Of a stretch of 32,000 bases of DNA, positions 18,209 to 27,492 are shown piece after piece. This DNA comes from Candidatus Heimdallarchaeota archaeon. Its GTDB lineage: Archaea > Asgardarchaeota > Heimdallarchaeia > Heimdallarchaeales > Heimdallarchaeaceae. Under the pieces are notes generated by a model. That model made no database searches and was not told the origin of the DNA. It was given only the letters and a program-made list of their open reading frames with translations. Position 1 is the stretch's first letter, and the number at the start of each line of letters is the position of its first letter. Location of the stretch: assembly GCA_030668875.1 (NCBI GenBank), contig DAOVER010000025.1, positions 1 through 32,000 on the forward strand, in the 5' to 3' direction. The position numbers were made by a program, and so were the translations under genes.

Positions 18209-18705
18209 GATGTAAATTTTCTCAAACATCTTTAACAGATTTAACTATGTTTGAAAATGACTTCTTTGATCTAATTGTTTCAAATATCGTCTTAGTGGAT
18301 ATACAAGACTATCAAAAAGCTTTCTTAGAAATAAATCGTGTACTGAAAAAAGATGGAAGATTTATTTGGTCAAATTCGCATCCCACTTTTGGAAGATTAG
18401 GGTCAATGGATCTTAGATTACCTTTTGATGCGTCTAGAAATGAAGAAAATCTATACAAGATAATCGACAGATATTTTGACAGCGGAGGAACATTAGTATC
18501 TTGGGGGAAAGTTCAACCTCTTTGGCAGTTCGATAGAACATTATCAGAGTATAGCCACGCGTTAAAGGAAGCAGGATTTGCTATAAGAGAGATTATAGAA
18601 CCAAAACCAGATTTGGAACTGATTAGAAAAAACCCAAGATTTTTAGCGTTTGATGCTGATAGATATCCTCATTTCATAATATTCGATTGTATAAAATTGG
18701 AGTGA
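18187..18705 (+). pseudogene. Class I SAM-dependent methyltransferase, 5'-truncated (lacks motif I)
   Basis: FENDFFDLIVSNIVL.DI, EINRVLKKDGRF...HP, RTLSEY..AL.EAGF.I..I.EP. No GxGxG; the upstream DNA is TnpB rather than the methyltransferase N-terminus. Confidence 0.75.
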
Positions 18706-18712
18706 ACATTTC

Positions 18713-19303
18713 TTACAGTTTGCTCAATTCAAGTTGATAGACCAACCACGTAAAAGCTTCATAGACACCTTTACCATTTAGAGCACTACAATCGAACACT
18801 GAGAAAGTGCGGTCTTTCAATTCTAAATGAAGGTTCAACAACTGAATCATCAATGGTGCTTGGATAGCATCAGGTAAATCTTGCTTGTTTGCAAGAATAA
18901 GAGTTGGAATCTTTTCGAGATGAGGATTATTAAAAACATGAGTTCTCAATATATCTCGAGCTTCTGGTAATCTTTCGATATCAGCAGCATCTATCACGAA
19001 AACAGCTGCAGAACAACCTGGATAGTGTACTTCCCACAAAAACCGAAATTGTTCTTGACCAGCTACATCTATTGTTGTTATATCCCATCCTTCGAAGTTT
19101 ATTGAGTCAATATTCTGACCTATTGTAGGAGAAGTATCACCTTGATATTCACCTGTATTCATGTATTTTGTCAAGGTAGTTTTTCCTGCTGAATCAAGTC
19201 CAACGACAAGAATTTTAGCTCTTTTCTCAGCTTTTAGTTTTCTTCTTAACCATAGGGAAAATGAAGTAAAAGCACTCATCCTGACACCTCTGTTTATCGA
19301 CAA
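18713..19303 (-). CDS. Arf/Arl-related small GTPase
   Basis: G1 GLDSAGKTT, G2 PTIG, G3 DVAGQ, G4 NKQD, G5 CSAL; N-terminal amphipathic segment. Start is TTG 19303 or ATG 19279. Confidence 0.92.
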   Translation of the reverse strand: MSINRGVRMSAFTSFSLWLRRKLKAEKRAKILVVGLDSAGKTTLTKYMNTGEYQGDTSPTIGQNIDSINFEGWDITTIDVAGQEQFRFLWEVHYPGCSAAVFVIDAADIERLPEARDILRTHVFNNPHLEKIPTLILANKQDLPDAIQAPLMIQLLNLHLELKDRTFSVFDCSALNGKGVYEAFTWLVYQLELSKL

Positions 19304-19467
19304 ATCTAATTTGTTTACTAATCAATCTCAACTAATATATTCTTTGATAGTTAATGGGTATATAAAACTTAATTTGTTTAAGCAATTGTTTTTAGCAAAT
19401 TTCATCTCCCAATTAGACATTTTTACTCTCAACAAACTTTTTATTGATACCACTTTATCCCTCTCTT

Positions 19468-20907
19468 ATGACGGAAGCAGAAGAGCGATATGATAGGAGA
19501 TTGCTTTCTGTTGATGTAGTCAAAGGAATAGCTATTATGGGTGTTCTTTTCATCCACCCTACAATCTATGGAATTTGGCAAACAGAAGCTATAGCGTTAG
19601 AAACTGTTAGTTTTTGGGTTGTGATTGGCTTTATTCCTATTATTCTTATGGGTACATGGGGTGGAGGATTTCCTCTTATCAGTTCTTTAATTAACACTTA
19701 TACTGTTTTTAACAGACTTGAACGAGGAATTAAGTTCAGAAGAGCTGTTGTCCCTATTTTAATCAGCAGTACCATCCTTCTACTTCTAGATCCACTCAAA
19801 GGTTTTCTTTTTGGGAGAACATGGACTAATACCTTCCCAACAGATACAACTATTTATGGAAAATACAATTTCTCAGTACTTACTCATTTGTTAGAGTATG
19901 GAACTTTCAGACTTCCTACAGCTGAAAAAATATTCCAAATAGGAGCCTTACCAGCAATTGGGTTAAGCGGTTTTATGGTTGTTTTTCTTTTGTGGATACT
20001 CTTCAGAAACGGAGGAAGAGAGAAGACAAAACGAAATGTAATTATTTTGATTAGTATTGGACTAGTTTGGGCAGGAATAAATAATTTTGTTTGTGAATGG
20101 ACTTACGATTATATTGGTGCTCTATTTCTTAAAGGAGGAATATCCACATTCTTTGCATACATCTTACGCTTATTTTTTGGCGCTCAACTCTCATTCTTTC
20201 CGATGGGTATCTATGCCATTTTTGGAATGGTTGGAGGTTATCTTGTTGTACAAAAACAGGATATTAAATGGATCAAACGCTATGGATATGGATTTGGTAG
20301 CCTTTTCTTAGGAGGCTTCGTTATTACAACTGCTATTACTCTAGCTAATGCATCAGGTATTGAAGCAGGACTTTTTGGTATTTTAGATTATGAGATTTAT
20401 CCAAGAGAGTTGTTTTTCCTAAGTATAGGTTGTATGATGTTCATTTTCGTTTTTCTTGTTAAGAAATTTGAGTACACTAGTAGTGACAATAAAATTCGCT
20501 TAGCTAAAAAAACTGCATATATCAGAAGGTTTGGAGTAGCAACTTTAACAATCTACTTCTTTGAACCATTATTCAATGGTATTTTTCCGTTTATTTTCCA
20601 TCGATTATTTGGAGGACCAGTTCAAGAGTTTGGAACCCCTGATCTATTTATGACAAACATTGGAGCTATTTTCCTCTATGAGTTTGTCCTCTTCACTTTT
20701 TGGGGTTTAGGTGTTTATTTGTGGTCTAAATCAGGATATAAATTTGGTTTAGAACATCTAATAATTGTTACAACGAGACCCTTGCGAAAAGTGAAAACGA
20801 AACGTCTTCAACTATATATTCCGAGCAAGGAAGAACTTGAAGCCTTACCAAAGAAAATAAAACGTAGGAATAGAAGAGACAAAGGAGAAGTTGAAAAAGA
20901 ATCATAG
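19468..20907 (+). CDS. Polytopic membrane protein, DUF1624/HGSNAT-catalytic-domain-like (putative transmembrane acyltransferase)
   Basis: N-terminal RLLSVDVVKGIAIMGVLFIH resembles the S.D..RG.A...M...H motif; about 11-12 hydrophobic segments; basic C-terminal tail. Confidence 0.6.
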   Translation: MTEAEERYDRRLLSVDVVKGIAIMGVLFIHPTIYGIWQTEAIALETVSFWVVIGFIPIILMGTWGGGFPLISSLINTYTVFNRLERGIKFRRAVVPILISSTILLLLDPLKGFLFGRTWTNTFPTDTTIYGKYNFSVLTHLLEYGTFRLPTAEKIFQIGALPAIGLSGFMVVFLLWILFRNGGREKTKRNVIILISIGLVWAGINNFVCEWTYDYIGALFLKGGISTFFAYILRLFFGAQLSFFPMGIYAIFGMVGGYLVVQKQDIKWIKRYGYGFGSLFLGGFVITTAITLANASGIEAGLFGILDYEIYPRELFFLSIGCMMFIFVFLVKKFEYTSSDNKIRLAKKTAYIRRFGVATLTIYFFEPLFNGIFPFIFHRLFGGPVQEFGTPDLFMTNIGAIFLYEFVLFTFWGLGVYLWSKSGYKFGLEHLIIVTTRPLRKVKTKRLQLYIPSKEELEALPKKIKRRNRRDKGEVEKES

Positions 20908-20954
20908 AAAGAGAATTTCATAAAATTCTTAAATTCAAACTATTCTTGTAAAAC

Positions 20955-21551
20955 ATGAACAAAGAGAATCTTGTCAAGGAAGGATATGATAAGATTTCAG
21001 AGAATTTTCTCAGCTTTAGACATCAATTTGATAATTCTCAGGAGCTAGAAAAGTTTGTTGAATACCTCCCTGAGAACGGAAAAGTGCTTGATGTAGGGTG
21101 TGGAGTGGGGATTCCAATAGCAAGATTTTTTATCGAAAATGACTTTGATTTGACTGGAATAGATATTTCCGAAGGGATGTTAACTAAAGCAAGGGAAAAT
21201 GTTCCCGAAGCGCAGTTTTTTCTATATAATATGTCTGAATTAGATTTTCTAGATAACTATTTTGATGGTTTAGTATCTATCTATGCATTGTTTCATGTTC
21301 CAAAAAATAAGCATGGTGAGATTATTAAAAACTTTCATAGAATGCTAAAAAAAGATTGTCATATGATGCTAGTTTTCAATCCACGAGAAAATGAAGGAGT
21401 GGATGACTTCCTTGGAACAGATATGTATTGGAGTTGTCATAAACCTGAAATATCTAGAAAACTAGTATTAGACGCTGGATTTGAAATCATCTTTGATGAA
21501 ATTCTTGATAGAGGAAATGAGTTTATGTATTGGGTAATAGCTAAGAAATAA
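20955..21551 (+). CDS. Class I SAM-dependent methyltransferase
   Basis: GYD.I...F, VLDVGCGVG, TGIDISEGM, FDGLVSIYALFHVP. Confidence 0.88.
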   Translation: MNKENLVKEGYDKISENFLSFRHQFDNSQELEKFVEYLPENGKVLDVGCGVGIPIARFFIENDFDLTGIDISEGMLTKARENVPEAQFFLYNMSELDFLDNYFDGLVSIYALFHVPKNKHGEIIKNFHRMLKKDCHMMLVFNPRENEGVDDFLGTDMYWSCHKPEISRKLVLDAGFEIIFDEILDRGNEFMYWVIAKK

Positions 21552-21610
21552 GCACAAATCATGTTCTATATTTTCGAAAAACTTATCACAGTTCCATAGT
21601 TCTTTTGCTT

Positions 21611-22432
21611 ATGTTTGCAAAGAAAGAGGATGAAGTTGTTAAGAAAACGAAAACACCAATCACGCAAAACAGCCTAATTGAAGATTTTAAAAAATTGGGT
21701 TTGAAAGCAGGTGATGTTGTTATTGTTCATGCCTCTATGAGTAAAATAGGTTGGATTGCTGGAACTTCAGTTGCTGTAGTCAATGCGCTTTTGGAAGTTC
21801 TAACACCTGAAGGAACGCTTGTGATGCCAACAATGACTTCAGATAACACAGACCCAGAAAACTGGAAAAACCCACCTGTTCCCGATGAATGGAAACAAAT
21901 AATTCGGGATAATATGCCAGCCTATCATCCAGATTATTCTACTTCAAGAGGTATGGGTAGAATATCAGAAACATTTCGTAATTACCCAGATGTGTTACGA
22001 TCAAATCATCCTCAAAGTTCATTTGCAGCTTGGGGAAAGTATAAGGAAAAGATATGTGGCCGACATGACCTAACACCATGTTTTGGTGAAAATACTCCTC
22101 TTGAGGAGTTATATAATCTTAAGGCAAAGATTCTTCTACTGGGTATTGAACATTTAAACAACACATCACTCCATTATGCTGAATGCAAAGCCAACATAGA
22201 TGACAAACCCATCCAAAAGCAAGGTGCAGCATTGTTTGACAATGGTAAGAGAGTATGGGTTAGTTTTGAAGATCTTGATTATAATGATGAAGATTTTCTC
22301 CAAGTAGGTGTAGAGTTTGAAAAAGAAAATCCTATCTTAAAGGGAAAGATTGGTCAAGCAGACTCGAAGTTACTTCCAATCAAAGAACTCATAGATTTTG
22401 CAATTCCTTGGTTTGAGAAGAATAGGAAATAG
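21611..22432 (+). CDS. AAC(3)/YokD family N-acetyltransferase
   Basis: LGL..GD.VIVHASMSKIGW, GTLVMPT, RSNHPQSSFAAWG, ILLLG, NTSLHYAE. Confidence 0.88.
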   Translation: MFAKKEDEVVKKTKTPITQNSLIEDFKKLGLKAGDVVIVHASMSKIGWIAGTSVAVVNALLEVLTPEGTLVMPTMTSDNTDPENWKNPPVPDEWKQIIRDNMPAYHPDYSTSRGMGRISETFRNYPDVLRSNHPQSSFAAWGKYKEKICGRHDLTPCFGENTPLEELYNLKAKILLLGIEHLNNTSLHYAECKANIDDKPIQKQGAALFDNGKRVWVSFEDLDYNDEDFLQVGVEFEKENPILKGKIGQADSKLLPIKELIDFAIPWFEKNRK

Positions 22433-22460
22433 ATTTTTAAATTCTATATTTTACTACTTT

Positions 22461-23645
22461 TTGGTTAGCAAGTTGAAGGAAAAAGTATCTTCATTTATAG
22501 ATGAGAATAGGGAGTTATTATTAGCAGTAAGTAAAGAAATCTTTGACAACCCAGAACTAGGATTTGAGGAGTTCAAAGCATCTAAACTTTTATCAGAAAA
22601 AATTCAGGAAGCAGGCTTTGAGACAAAACTTGGTGTTGCGAATCTTGAAACAGCAATTCACGCCATACATCCAGATATTAGTGATGGTCCAGTTGTAGCA
22701 ATTCTTGCCGAATATGATGCCCTACCAGGGCTAGGACATGGGTGTGGTCATAACTTAATAGCTACAGCTGGATTGGGTGCAAGTTTAGCTTTAGGTTCAA
22801 TCAAAAAGGATTTGCCAGGTAAATTGGTTTTTATGGGCACTCCAGCGGAGGAATCAGGAGGGGGAAAAATATTCATGATAAATGCTGGATTGTTTGACGA
22901 AGTTGATGCAGCAATAATGTTTCATCCCTCAGCAACTAAGAATTATGTTGGAAGAGGAGGATTAGCTGTTCAAGCAATCAAGATAGAATTTTTTGGTAAA
23001 ACTGCTCATGCTTCCTCTGAACCTGAAAAAGGGATTAACGCCTTGGATGCAATTATTCAGACTTTCAATGGTATTAGTGCCTTAAGACAGCACATAACCA
23101 GCGATGCTAGAATTCATGGAGTTATTATAAATGGAGGAGTTAAACCAAACATTGTTCCTGATTATGCTTCAGCTGAATTTTATGTAAGAGCACAAGATGA
23201 TAATTACCTTGAAGAACTTTTAAACAAGGTTGAAAACTGCGCCAAAGGAGCAGCTTTGAGTTCTGGAGCAAGATTAGAATTTAGTGAAGTAGGCAATGCC
23301 TATATGTCTAGAAATGTAAACAAGATTCTAGGGGAAGCCTTCTCAAAGAATATGAATGCAATTGGAGAGGAAACTCATACAGTACCTCATGGAAAAGGTT
23401 TAGGATCAAGTGATATAGGAAATGTTAGTCATGTAGTTCCTACAATTCACCCGTACATAGGAATAAGTAAGATTGAAATCAATGGTCATTCTACAGATTT
23501 TGCAAAAGCAGCAAATAGTGAATACGGAAACGAACAGATGCTCAAAATAACTAAAGCATTAGCAATGACAGCCATTGATGTGTTTACCACTCCTAAACTT
23601 GTTGAAGAGATGAAAAAGGAATTTGCAATAACAAAAAAAGGATAG
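22461..23645 (+). CDS. M20 family amidohydrolase (PM20D2/AbgB-like)
   Basis: PELGFEE, AEYDALPGLGHGCGHNLI, GTPAEE.GGGK, GKTAHA, GSSDIGNVS. TTG at 22461 avoids overlap with the upstream gene. Confidence 0.88.
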   Translation: MVSKLKEKVSSFIDENRELLLAVSKEIFDNPELGFEEFKASKLLSEKIQEAGFETKLGVANLETAIHAIHPDISDGPVVAILAEYDALPGLGHGCGHNLIATAGLGASLALGSIKKDLPGKLVFMGTPAEESGGGKIFMINAGLFDEVDAAIMFHPSATKNYVGRGGLAVQAIKIEFFGKTAHASSEPEKGINALDAIIQTFNGISALRQHITSDARIHGVIINGGVKPNIVPDYASAEFYVRAQDDNYLEELLNKVENCAKGAALSSGARLEFSEVGNAYMSRNVNKILGEAFSKNMNAIGEETHTVPHGKGLGSSDIGNVSHVVPTIHPYIGISKIEINGHSTDFAKAANSEYGNEQMLKITKALAMTAIDVFTTPKLVEEMKKEFAITKKG

Positions 23646-23722
23646 TTTTTTCTCCAGAATAACAACCTCTTCTCATTTCAATAAGTACTTCAGCCTCTGG
23701 ATACTCTAGAAGCTCATCAAAA
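23352..23722. repeat. Left copy of a diverged direct repeat (M20 3' end plus convergent GNAT 3' end)
   Basis: Aligns by eye with 29848-30231, e.g. ttcagcctctggatactct vs ttcagattctggatactct. Confidence 0.8.
23646..23722 (-). pseudogene. Remnant of GNAT acetyltransferase C-terminus
   Basis: Minus strand reads FDELLEYPEAEVLIEMRRGC(frameshift)ILEKKL, compared with FVEIEEYPESESPKLDGVTWTYMEKKL* in the 30147-30665 GNAT. Confidence 0.7.
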
Positions 23723-23789
23723 TAAGTTGAGTTTCTCCTTCTATCTAGAAGACTCCTGTATTAACCTAAGAATTAGCCAAATTAATAAC

Positions 23790-26135
23790 TTACTCTTCTT
23801 CAATTGCTTGTGCAAGGTTTTTACCTCCTAAAAATTGAAACTCAGGTATTAAGGAAATTACAACTGTCATAATTGAAAAGGAAATTGTAATTAAATAGTC
23901 CCAACCAGTGGTACTTGATTCTATTTTGAAAAATATATCAGAAATGAGCGATAACCAGTAACAATTCAAAAATAGTCCTGATATAAATCCTAGACATAGA
24001 GCAACAAGTGTTAGCATTGCTATTTCCAACCCTAATTGTAGAAGAATCTGAGATTTTGAAAAACCAAAAACCCGTTCTAAAGAAACTTCCCGCGTTCTTT
24101 CAATTGTAATTATAAATGTTGTAGAGAAAATTGCTAAAAATGCAATAATGAAGCCCAAAATCATCATAATTTTAACAATTATTGTTTGAATGTCAATAAT
24201 GCTTTCAATTCTATCTTGAAAAATACTTTTCGATAAAGCTAGTCGAATATCCTTATGGGTATTCATTTCGTCCATCAAATCCCCTGATTTGTTATTTTGT
24301 GAAGACGCTATTATACCATTTACTGGCAAATATCCTAATCTTTCTTCTAAATATGGAAGCTGAATAAACATCGCTATAGGAGATCCGACAGCTCTACACA
24401 ATCCCACAATAGAAATATTAACTTGCTCTGTATGAAACCAAAAACTGAAGTTATCACCTGATTTTACATCTAGTTTCTTTGCAATATGAGTTGACATTAT
24501 TACCTCTGCAGCTTTTTCTCCAGAAAAGTCTTGACCTTCTTGAATATCTATTTCTATCAATTGTGAATCACTGACAATCCCTCTTAACTGTACTATTAAT
24601 TCACTACGTATATCAGGTTGAACTATAGCTTCTAAATATGGCTCTGAATGTTCTATCGAATTGAACTGGCTAATTTCATCGTAAATAGCATGAGTATAAT
24701 CAAACGTGTTGAAAAGACCTTTCACATCCCACTTCACTTTTGTGTCAAAATACACATTTTGGGTTGTGGATAAGCTTGTTTGAGCAGAGAGAAGTGAAAA
24801 AGACAACATAATAGAACCCATAAAAGCTATAAGGGTTAGCGTAGTTCTAAGTTTATTGCGAGATAAGTTGCGAAAGGCATACTTCAATTGCAAAGGAAAT
24901 CTAATTGGTAATGGTTTTTTCTTTGTTTTTGGTTTAAACTCTTTTACTTTACCACGAAGTGCTTCATAGGGTGTCATAGAAACATTTTCCTTGGCAGCTA
25001 AATAAGTAAAAATTAATGAAATAAATAGGGTTATACCTACAACTTCAACTAAAACCCCTATTGAAAAGAAAGATGTTAAATCTAAAATTCCCCAAAGTGT
25101 CGCAAGCATTCCCGACAAAAATTTTAATAAAAACCATGAAGCTACAATCCCAACCCCTATTGCAAATAGAGCAATGACTAATGTTCTTAAGAGAAACGCT
25201 TTCATTATAGTTGAAGAAGAAAATCCAAATGAATAGAGCATGCCCGTCTGTTTTCTCTGTTCGAAAGCATATCTTTTCGTGATTATGAAGACTACAAAAC
25301 CTGCAATAATCATTATTATTATCGCAGATGAATTTAGATATTTGGATGTTAGGTTTAATATATCAGTTAATGAAGCACTTATGCTAATCTCACGTACTTG
25401 CCATATTATAATCAGTGGTAGATGAGCTTCAATGAAAACATCATGTAAATAATCTGAACAGTCATTTATTTCATCTTTTGAAACTTCATCAGAAAAATAT
25501 ACTAGTACATTATTAAAAAAGGGAAAGGGTATGTTAGCTATACTGCGAAGATCTTTTTCTGAAATATAAATTGCCCCTTCTTGAGTAAAGTCATAACTCA
25601 TAAATTCAATTGATCGAATTATACCAACAATGGTAAATTGTTGAACACCAGTTTCTCCATAAAGAGAGATGGAGTCATCTAAAGATAAATTGAGATGATT
25701 GGCAAAGGATTCTAAGATGACAGTTTGATTATCAGAAATATCTAGAGTTCCTTCAACTAGTTTTATTTCATTAACATCCATAGTTTTAGAGTCATTAACC
25801 CCTACGATGTTTACTGGATACCATTCAGTCTCATGAAAAATTTTGTATCCTGAACTAACTCTTGTTGAAATTCTCTCTGGAGCCCATCCAAGGCAATCAA
25901 TAATTGAATTATTTATCAATGGAACTATTTCAGTAGTTACATTAGTAAAACGAATGTCTAAATGGGCAAGATGATAATCTTGTGAATTAACATCTATTGA
26001 ATAGGTAATTGAAGGTGCTGTAGAAAACATTGCAATTGGAAATGCAACAATTACTAGAATTGTTAGGAATGTGATAAAACTTCTTGATTTATTAAAATAT
26101 ATTTCGCGTATGACTGCGCGATAAATTTTAGCCAT
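23790..26135 (-). CDS. FtsX/MacB-type ABC transporter permease (duplicated periplasmic plus TM halves)
   Basis: Two repeats of TM, large extracytoplasmic domain and three TM helices; EQRKQTGMLYSFGF and ERTREVSLERVFGF motifs. Confidence 0.88.
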   Translation of the reverse strand: MAKIYRAVIREIYFNKSRSFITFLTILVIVAFPIAMFSTAPSITYSIDVNSQDYHLAHLDIRFTNVTTEIVPLINNSIIDCLGWAPERISTRVSSGYKIFHETEWYPVNIVGVNDSKTMDVNEIKLVEGTLDISDNQTVILESFANHLNLSLDDSISLYGETGVQQFTIVGIIRSIEFMSYDFTQEGAIYISEKDLRSIANIPFPFFNNVLVYFSDEVSKDEINDCSDYLHDVFIEAHLPLIIIWQVREISISASLTDILNLTSKYLNSSAIIIMIIAGFVVFIITKRYAFEQRKQTGMLYSFGFSSSTIMKAFLLRTLVIALFAIGVGIVASWFLLKFLSGMLATLWGILDLTSFFSIGVLVEVVGITLFISLIFTYLAAKENVSMTPYEALRGKVKEFKPKTKKKPLPIRFPLQLKYAFRNLSRNKLRTTLTLIAFMGSIMLSFSLLSAQTSLSTTQNVYFDTKVKWDVKGLFNTFDYTHAIYDEISQFNSIEHSEPYLEAIVQPDIRSELIVQLRGIVSDSQLIEIDIQEGQDFSGEKAAEVIMSTHIAKKLDVKSGDNFSFWFHTEQVNISIVGLCRAVGSPIAMFIQLPYLEERLGYLPVNGIIASSQNNKSGDLMDEMNTHKDIRLALSKSIFQDRIESIIDIQTIIVKIMMILGFIIAFLAIFSTTFIITIERTREVSLERVFGFSKSQILLQLGLEIAMLTLVALCLGFISGLFLNCYWLSLISDIFFKIESSTTGWDYLITISFSIMTVVISLIPEFQFLGGKNLAQAIEEE

Positions 26136-26138
26136 TTT

Positions 26139-26867
26139 TTAAGCTCCATCCAAAGAATTTTCAATCAAAATATCAGAAATAATTGTTCCAGAACGCAATT
26201 CGATTATCCTATCAGCATATTTCTTCAGTTCTGGATCGTGTGTGACAAGAATTACTGTTTTTTGATAACGCTTTGCAATATCTCTTATTAATGATACAAC
26301 ACTTTCACCAGTTTCTTGATCCAACTGACCTGTTGGCTCATCTATCAACAAAATTTCTGGGTTTTTTGCTAATGCTCGAGCAATTGCAACTCTTTGTCTT
26401 TCTCCACCTGAAAGCTGTGAAGGAAAATTGTTTGCCCTATCTTCTAAATTAACCATTTTTAGGTAACTTATGGCTTCTTTACGAATTTTTCTACGATCCA
26501 CTCTCATTAATTCCATCGTTAATTCTACATTTTCAACAGCTGTCAATGTTGGTATTAGAGAATAAAATTGAAACACAAATGAAAGTCGAGCCTTTCGATA
26601 CTTAGTTAATTTTTTATCGGAATATTCAGAAATATTTTCACCGCAAACATCTATTTCTCCCTTTGTTGGAGAATCAATTCCACCTATTAGGTTTAGCAAA
26701 GTGGTCTTTCCAGAACCACTAGAACCCATTACAAACAACAGTTGACCAGCCGGGATAGTGAAAGATACATTTCTTAAGGCATAAACAGGATTGGTCTTTA
26801 AATTATAGGTTTTTTCTAAGTTAGAGATTAAAATAACAGGTTGAATAGCTAGATGAGTGTTCAACAT
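26139..26867 (-). CDS. LolD/MacB-type ABC transporter ATP-binding protein
   Basis: GSSGSGKTT, FVFQFYSLIP.LTA.ENV, LSGGERQR, DEPTGQLD, VTHD. Confidence 0.92.
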   Translation of the reverse strand: MLNTHLAIQPVILISNLEKTYNLKTNPVYALRNVSFTIPAGQLLFVMGSSGSGKTTLLNLIGGIDSPTKGEIDVCGENISEYSDKKLTKYRKARLSFVFQFYSLIPTLTAVENVELTMELMRVDRRKIRKEAISYLKMVNLEDRANNFPSQLSGGERQRVAIARALAKNPEILLIDEPTGQLDQETGESVVSLIRDIAKRYQKTVILVTHDPELKKYADRIIELRSGTIISDILIENSLDGA

Positions 26868-26910
26868 TAATATTTCATTAAGACACTACCAATATAAAGG
26901 TTTAGTATTC

Positions 26911-26935
26911 AAATAATTTGTTTTTCAAATTATTT
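26911..26935. promoter_or_regulatory. Perfect 10-5-10 inverted repeat, candidate regulator binding site
   Basis: aaataatttg-ttttt-caaattattt, between the divergent ABC ATPase and MarR genes, just upstream of the minus-strand TATA box at 26893-26898. Confidence 0.5.
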
Positions 26936-26944
26936 TAATTTCAC

Positions 26945-26957
26945 ATTATCGGATAAT
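26945..26957. promoter_or_regulatory. 6-1-6 palindrome, second candidate operator
   Basis: attatc-g-gataat, 37 nt upstream of the MarR ATG. Confidence 0.35.
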
Positions 26958-26993
26958 CAAAAGAAATAAATAGAGGTAAGAGACAGTATATAC

Positions 26994-27455
26994 ATGGGTA
27001 GAGACTACAATCAAGTTATAGATTTATTTTTCAACTTCCTGTTTAAGATGAAAGTAGAGATATTAAATAAGAGACCCATGGTTCTAGAATTCCTTAGATT
27101 AAATAAACTTGACATTAAAAGAGATCCATTTGGCAAGTATTTGCGAATGATTGATTTTATTGGAGAAAAAAACCAAGTTAATATGAAAGAGTTTACAAAT
27201 CGTTTCAGTTTGGATGCAGGAACAGCTACAGGGATTATTGATAAACTAGTAAAGAAGAAAATTATTGTAAGAGTAACAGATGAATCCGATCGGCGGAAGG
27301 TAGGATTGGAATTAACCAAGTATGGAACAAAAATTTACAATAAACAAAAAGAGATACAGAAGGGAGAAATAAAGAGGATTTTAGATATATTAACAGATGA
27401 AGATATTGAACATGTGATTAGAATTTTGAAAAAAATAGATGCGATATCAAACTAG
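26994..27455 (+). CDS. MarR family transcriptional regulator
   Basis: Winged HTH (LDAGTATGIIDKLVKK), wing RVTDESDRRKV.LELT..G. Confidence 0.9.
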   Translation: MGRDYNQVIDLFFNFLFKMKVEILNKRPMVLEFLRLNKLDIKRDPFGKYLRMIDFIGEKNQVNMKEFTNRFSLDAGTATGIIDKLVKKKIIVRVTDESDRRKVGLELTKYGTKIYNKQKEIQKGEIKRILDILTDEDIEHVIRILKKIDAISN

Positions 27456-27492
27456 TAAAGGATAAAGGAAAAATGAGAGAGGTTAACTCTCT

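Noticed and set aside
21611-22432. Bona fide aminoglycoside resistance gene
   Set aside because: AAC(3)/YokD family members are widespread and often lack demonstrated resistance function; the sequence alone cannot support the claim.
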